This document shows positions 60,960-64,000 of a DNA stretch of 64,000 nucleotides, piece by piece. The translations under genes and the position numbers were made by a program. This DNA comes from Escherichia phage dhaeg, in the sequence record MN850609.1. One strand, given 5' to 3'. Positions within the stretch are counted from its first letter, which is position 1, and every line of letters begins with the position of its first letter. The notes under the pieces were generated by a model. The model was not told the DNA's origin, made no database searches, and was given only the letters and a program-made list of their open reading frames with translations.

Positions 60960-61712
60960 TGAAACTAATATCAATTGTAGGAATCAAACGTAGCGGTAAG
61001 GATACCGTTGCTAACTATGTAATTGAGAATACGGATTCCGTAAAATTCCAACTCGCTGGTCCTATTAAAAAGTATCTGGCTGAAGCTTATGAATACATAT
61101 CTGATGACCCTGTATTTGACCGTAGCTATATGCCTAAATTAGATTTTAATTGTTTTGAAGGTATCGGTTATGACCGTGAAGAAATAATTCCTTTAAAACC
61201 GTATGATGTGGTTGATATTTTTGAACATGCTATTGTTAAGCTGAATAATATCCTTCCTATTCCAGGAATTGATGTTCGTATCGCATATCATTATGGTCTT
61301 ACCCCGGTCCAGTATCTGTCTGAAGAAACAAAAGACCAGCTATTTGAAGTAATAAATAAAAATAACAATTGGTCAGTACGTCGTCTCATGCAGACCCTTG
61401 GGACTGATATTATTGTTAACCAATTTGATAAGATGTATTGGGTTAAGTTGTTCGCTTTAGACTATTTTGATAAAATATACTCTGATGCGAAATACTATGT
61501 CGTACCTGATGTTCGTCAAACACACGAAATTGATTCACTCAGAGCGATGGGTGCTACGATTATTCATGTAGTTCGCGCTGAAACCGGTCAAGTACAAGAC
61601 TCGCACATCACTGAAGCGGGTCTACCAATTTTACCTGGTGACGTTGTTATTGAAAATAACGGCACTCTTTCTGAACTATACACTACTATTGATAAATTAT
61701 TAGGAAATAAAA

Positions 61713-61720
<8 letters not shown>
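60959..61720 (+). CDS. 1: deoxynucleoside monophosphate kinase gp1
   Basis: 253 aa (T4 gp1 241); P-loop GIKRSGKDT at the N-terminus. Confidence 0.85.
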
Positions 61721-62604
<884 letters not shown>

Positions 62605-62615
62605 TTTAAAAATGT

Positions 62616-62657
62616 TTTACAAAGGGCTTTAGTGATGATACTATAGGCCTATCAAAA
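62616..62657 (+). repeat. promoter-containing repeat, copy 1 (TTTACA-17-TACTAT)
   Basis: About 42 nt with 3 mismatches to 62967-63008; contains -35/-10-like hexamers and a short stem. Confidence 0.6.
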
Positions 62658-62670
62658 ACAAACTAACCAA

Positions 62671-62961
62671 ATGGAAATCAAAATGAAAACTTATCAAGAA
62701 TTTAGTAAATCCCAAAAAGTGGCTCCTATCACTGAAGCCAGTGTTATGAGTGAAGTTATAGCCCTAAACAAAGGCCGTGAAGGTAAACCGGTTATCGGTC
62801 TTAATGGTGATGAACTTAAAGGTACTGTTTATCTGGGCGACGGTTACCATGCTAAAAAAGACGGTGGGAGCATTGTTATTTCCCCGGCTCAAGAATCTTC
62901 TGTAATGAAAACCGTTTACATCGCCACCAAGCACTTTGATATTTTGAAAAAAGCACTTTAA
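62671..62961 (+). CDS. hypothetical protein (96 aa)
   Basis: ORF downstream of the repeat promoter; a second in-frame ATG lies at 62683. Confidence 0.5.
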   Translation: MEIKMKTYQEFSKSQKVAPITEASVMSEVIALNKGREGKPVIGLNGDELKGTVYLGDGYHAKKDGGSIVISPAQESSVMKTVYIATKHFDILKKAL

Positions 62962-62966
62962 AGTTA

Positions 62967-63008
62967 TTTACAACGGGCTCTAGTGATGATACTATAGCCC
63001 TATCAAAA
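62967..63008 (+). repeat. promoter-containing repeat, copy 2 (TTTACA-17-TACTAT) with gggct/agccc stem
   Basis: Near-identical to 62616-62657. Confidence 0.6.
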
Positions 63009-63031
63009 CAAATGAGTGATTGGAGAATAAA

Positions 63032-63217
63032 ATGAAACGTTGTGAATTAATTAGAAATGTTACTGCACTGGCCGCCGTTACTGCTTTTGGCTTTAGTATG
63101 TTTGCAGGATTCATGTTGGATTTGCTTACAACTTCCGAGAATATAATCTCTTTAGTAGTGGCATTCTTAATTGGTTCAATCTCTTTCGTTATGGATAAAA
63201 TCTCTAAAGGTGAGTAA
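63032..63217 (+). CDS. small membrane protein (61 aa, two hydrophobic helices)
   Basis: Internal ATG with ggagaataaaATG leader (same SD context as the 1477 and 1920 ORFs); ALAAVTAFGFSMFAGFML and [14 protein letters not shown] hydrophobic stretches. Confidence 0.5.
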   Translation: MKRCELIRNVTALAAVTAFGFSMFAGFMLDLLTTSENIISLVVAFLIGSISFVMDKISKGE

Positions 63218-63218
63218 A

Positions 63219-63599
63219 ATGTATAAAGTGTATGCGGATTATCAAGCAAATCCATCTGAAAAACCAGATTGCCAAATTGGGTGGGCGCATGACACCCTGC
63301 TTGAAGCGGTAAATGAAGCACAGAAATTAGGATATAGTTATGTAGATATTGTTCAACCGGGTGGAACAGTTATTACTCTTGAAGAATTCAAGAATATCAA
63401 AACAAACTTTTTGCTCTTTGCCGGTGATAACTATTATCCTCGTGGCGGTTATGCTGACTTAATCGCAAAGGCCGCGACTGAAGATGAACTGCGCGATATC
63501 ATTAAAGAAAACGAGAATAAGCCTTGTTACGGTTCCAATCGTTTTGACTGGTGGCAGATTGTCAATGCCAATACCCACACTATTGTAGACGAGGGTTAA
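63219..63599 (+). CDS. hypothetical protein (126 aa)
   Basis: Internal ATG with AAGGTGAG SD, directly after the upstream stop. Confidence 0.5.
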   Translation: MYKVYADYQANPSEKPDCQIGWAHDTLLEAVNEAQKLGYSYVDIVQPGGTVITLEEFKNIKTNFLLFAGDNYYPRGGYADLIAKAATEDELRDIIKENENKPCYGSNRFDWWQIVNANTHTIVDEG

Positions 63600-63884
63600 A
63601 TGTTATACGTTAAGGTTACTAATCCAGAGAATGGCTATAAATCCGATCAGGTTGCAGCCGAGTTGTTGATTCGAAATTACGGCAAAGATGCCGTGCTTGA
63701 TGTTCAACAGGTTAATATTGGCCGTAGTTCAAGCGATGTTAAACTCAAAGTTAACAGCCATCGCTATAATTCTGTTAACTTTACTTTTTATACCGCAACT
63801 GAAAATGGATTGGTCGAATACGACATCTTTAAAAACCCTTTGAAGATTGCTTCTATTAAACTTGACTATATTAATATGCTTTAA
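63600..63884 (+). CDS. hypothetical protein (94 aa)
   Basis: TAAATG-coupled ORF. Confidence 0.5.
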   Translation: MLYVKVTNPENGYKSDQVAAELLIRNYGKDAVLDVQQVNIGRSSSDVKLKVNSHRYNSVNFTFYTATENGLVEYDIFKNPLKIASIKLDYINML

Positions 63885-64000
63885 GAATTATGTGATATTA
63901 TTACTCTATCATTAATACCCTCTATTACCAAAGGTTCTTCCCTCAAAGAGCCTTTCATAATAGAATTAAGGCCCTGTAGCTGGACGGTCAAGCGAGCGAC

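Overview
This window is a 64-kb segment of a T4-like (Tevenvirinae-type) myovirus genome, in reverse orientation to the conventional T4 map. Gene order is colinear with T4: gene 31 / rIII and a block of small early genes, DNA ligase (30), two tandem Alt-type ADP-ribosyltransferase genes, the baseplate-hub block 54-48-29-28-27-51 with divergent 26-25-uvsY, uvsW.1/uvsW, a hoc-type decoration locus, RNA ligase 2 (rnlB), the long late operon run 24(x2)-23-22-21-68-67-20-19-18-17-16-15-14-13-wac-12-11-10-9-8-7-6-5.4-5-53, and finally 4-2-3-1-57A-57B(Acb1-like). Assignments rest on remembered T4 protein sequences, motifs visible in the translations, sizes and synteny; no database search was run. Late genes are preceded by TATAAATA boxes, several in divergent or palindromic pairs, and early genes by GTTTAC-N17/18-TACTAT promoters, some inside stem-loops with duplicated leaders. 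The parts that depart from T4 are (i) an expanded capsid-decoration locus: an acidic protein, two convergent Hoc-like Ig-repeat proteins that share a C-terminal module, a collagen-like protein with CBM5/12-like aromatic modules, and an unlisted small membrane-protein ORF; (ii) a tandem gp24 vertex-protein paralogue; (iii) tandem alt paralogues near a NADAR/YbiA-like gene and a HAD-like hydrolase; (iv) a 350-bp GC-richer non-coding region after rIII. Motif coordinates were counted by hand and may be off by 1-2 nt; CDS coordinates follow the supplied ORF track, with starts moved to an internal ATG where the ORF opens on a non-ATG codon or lacks an RBS.
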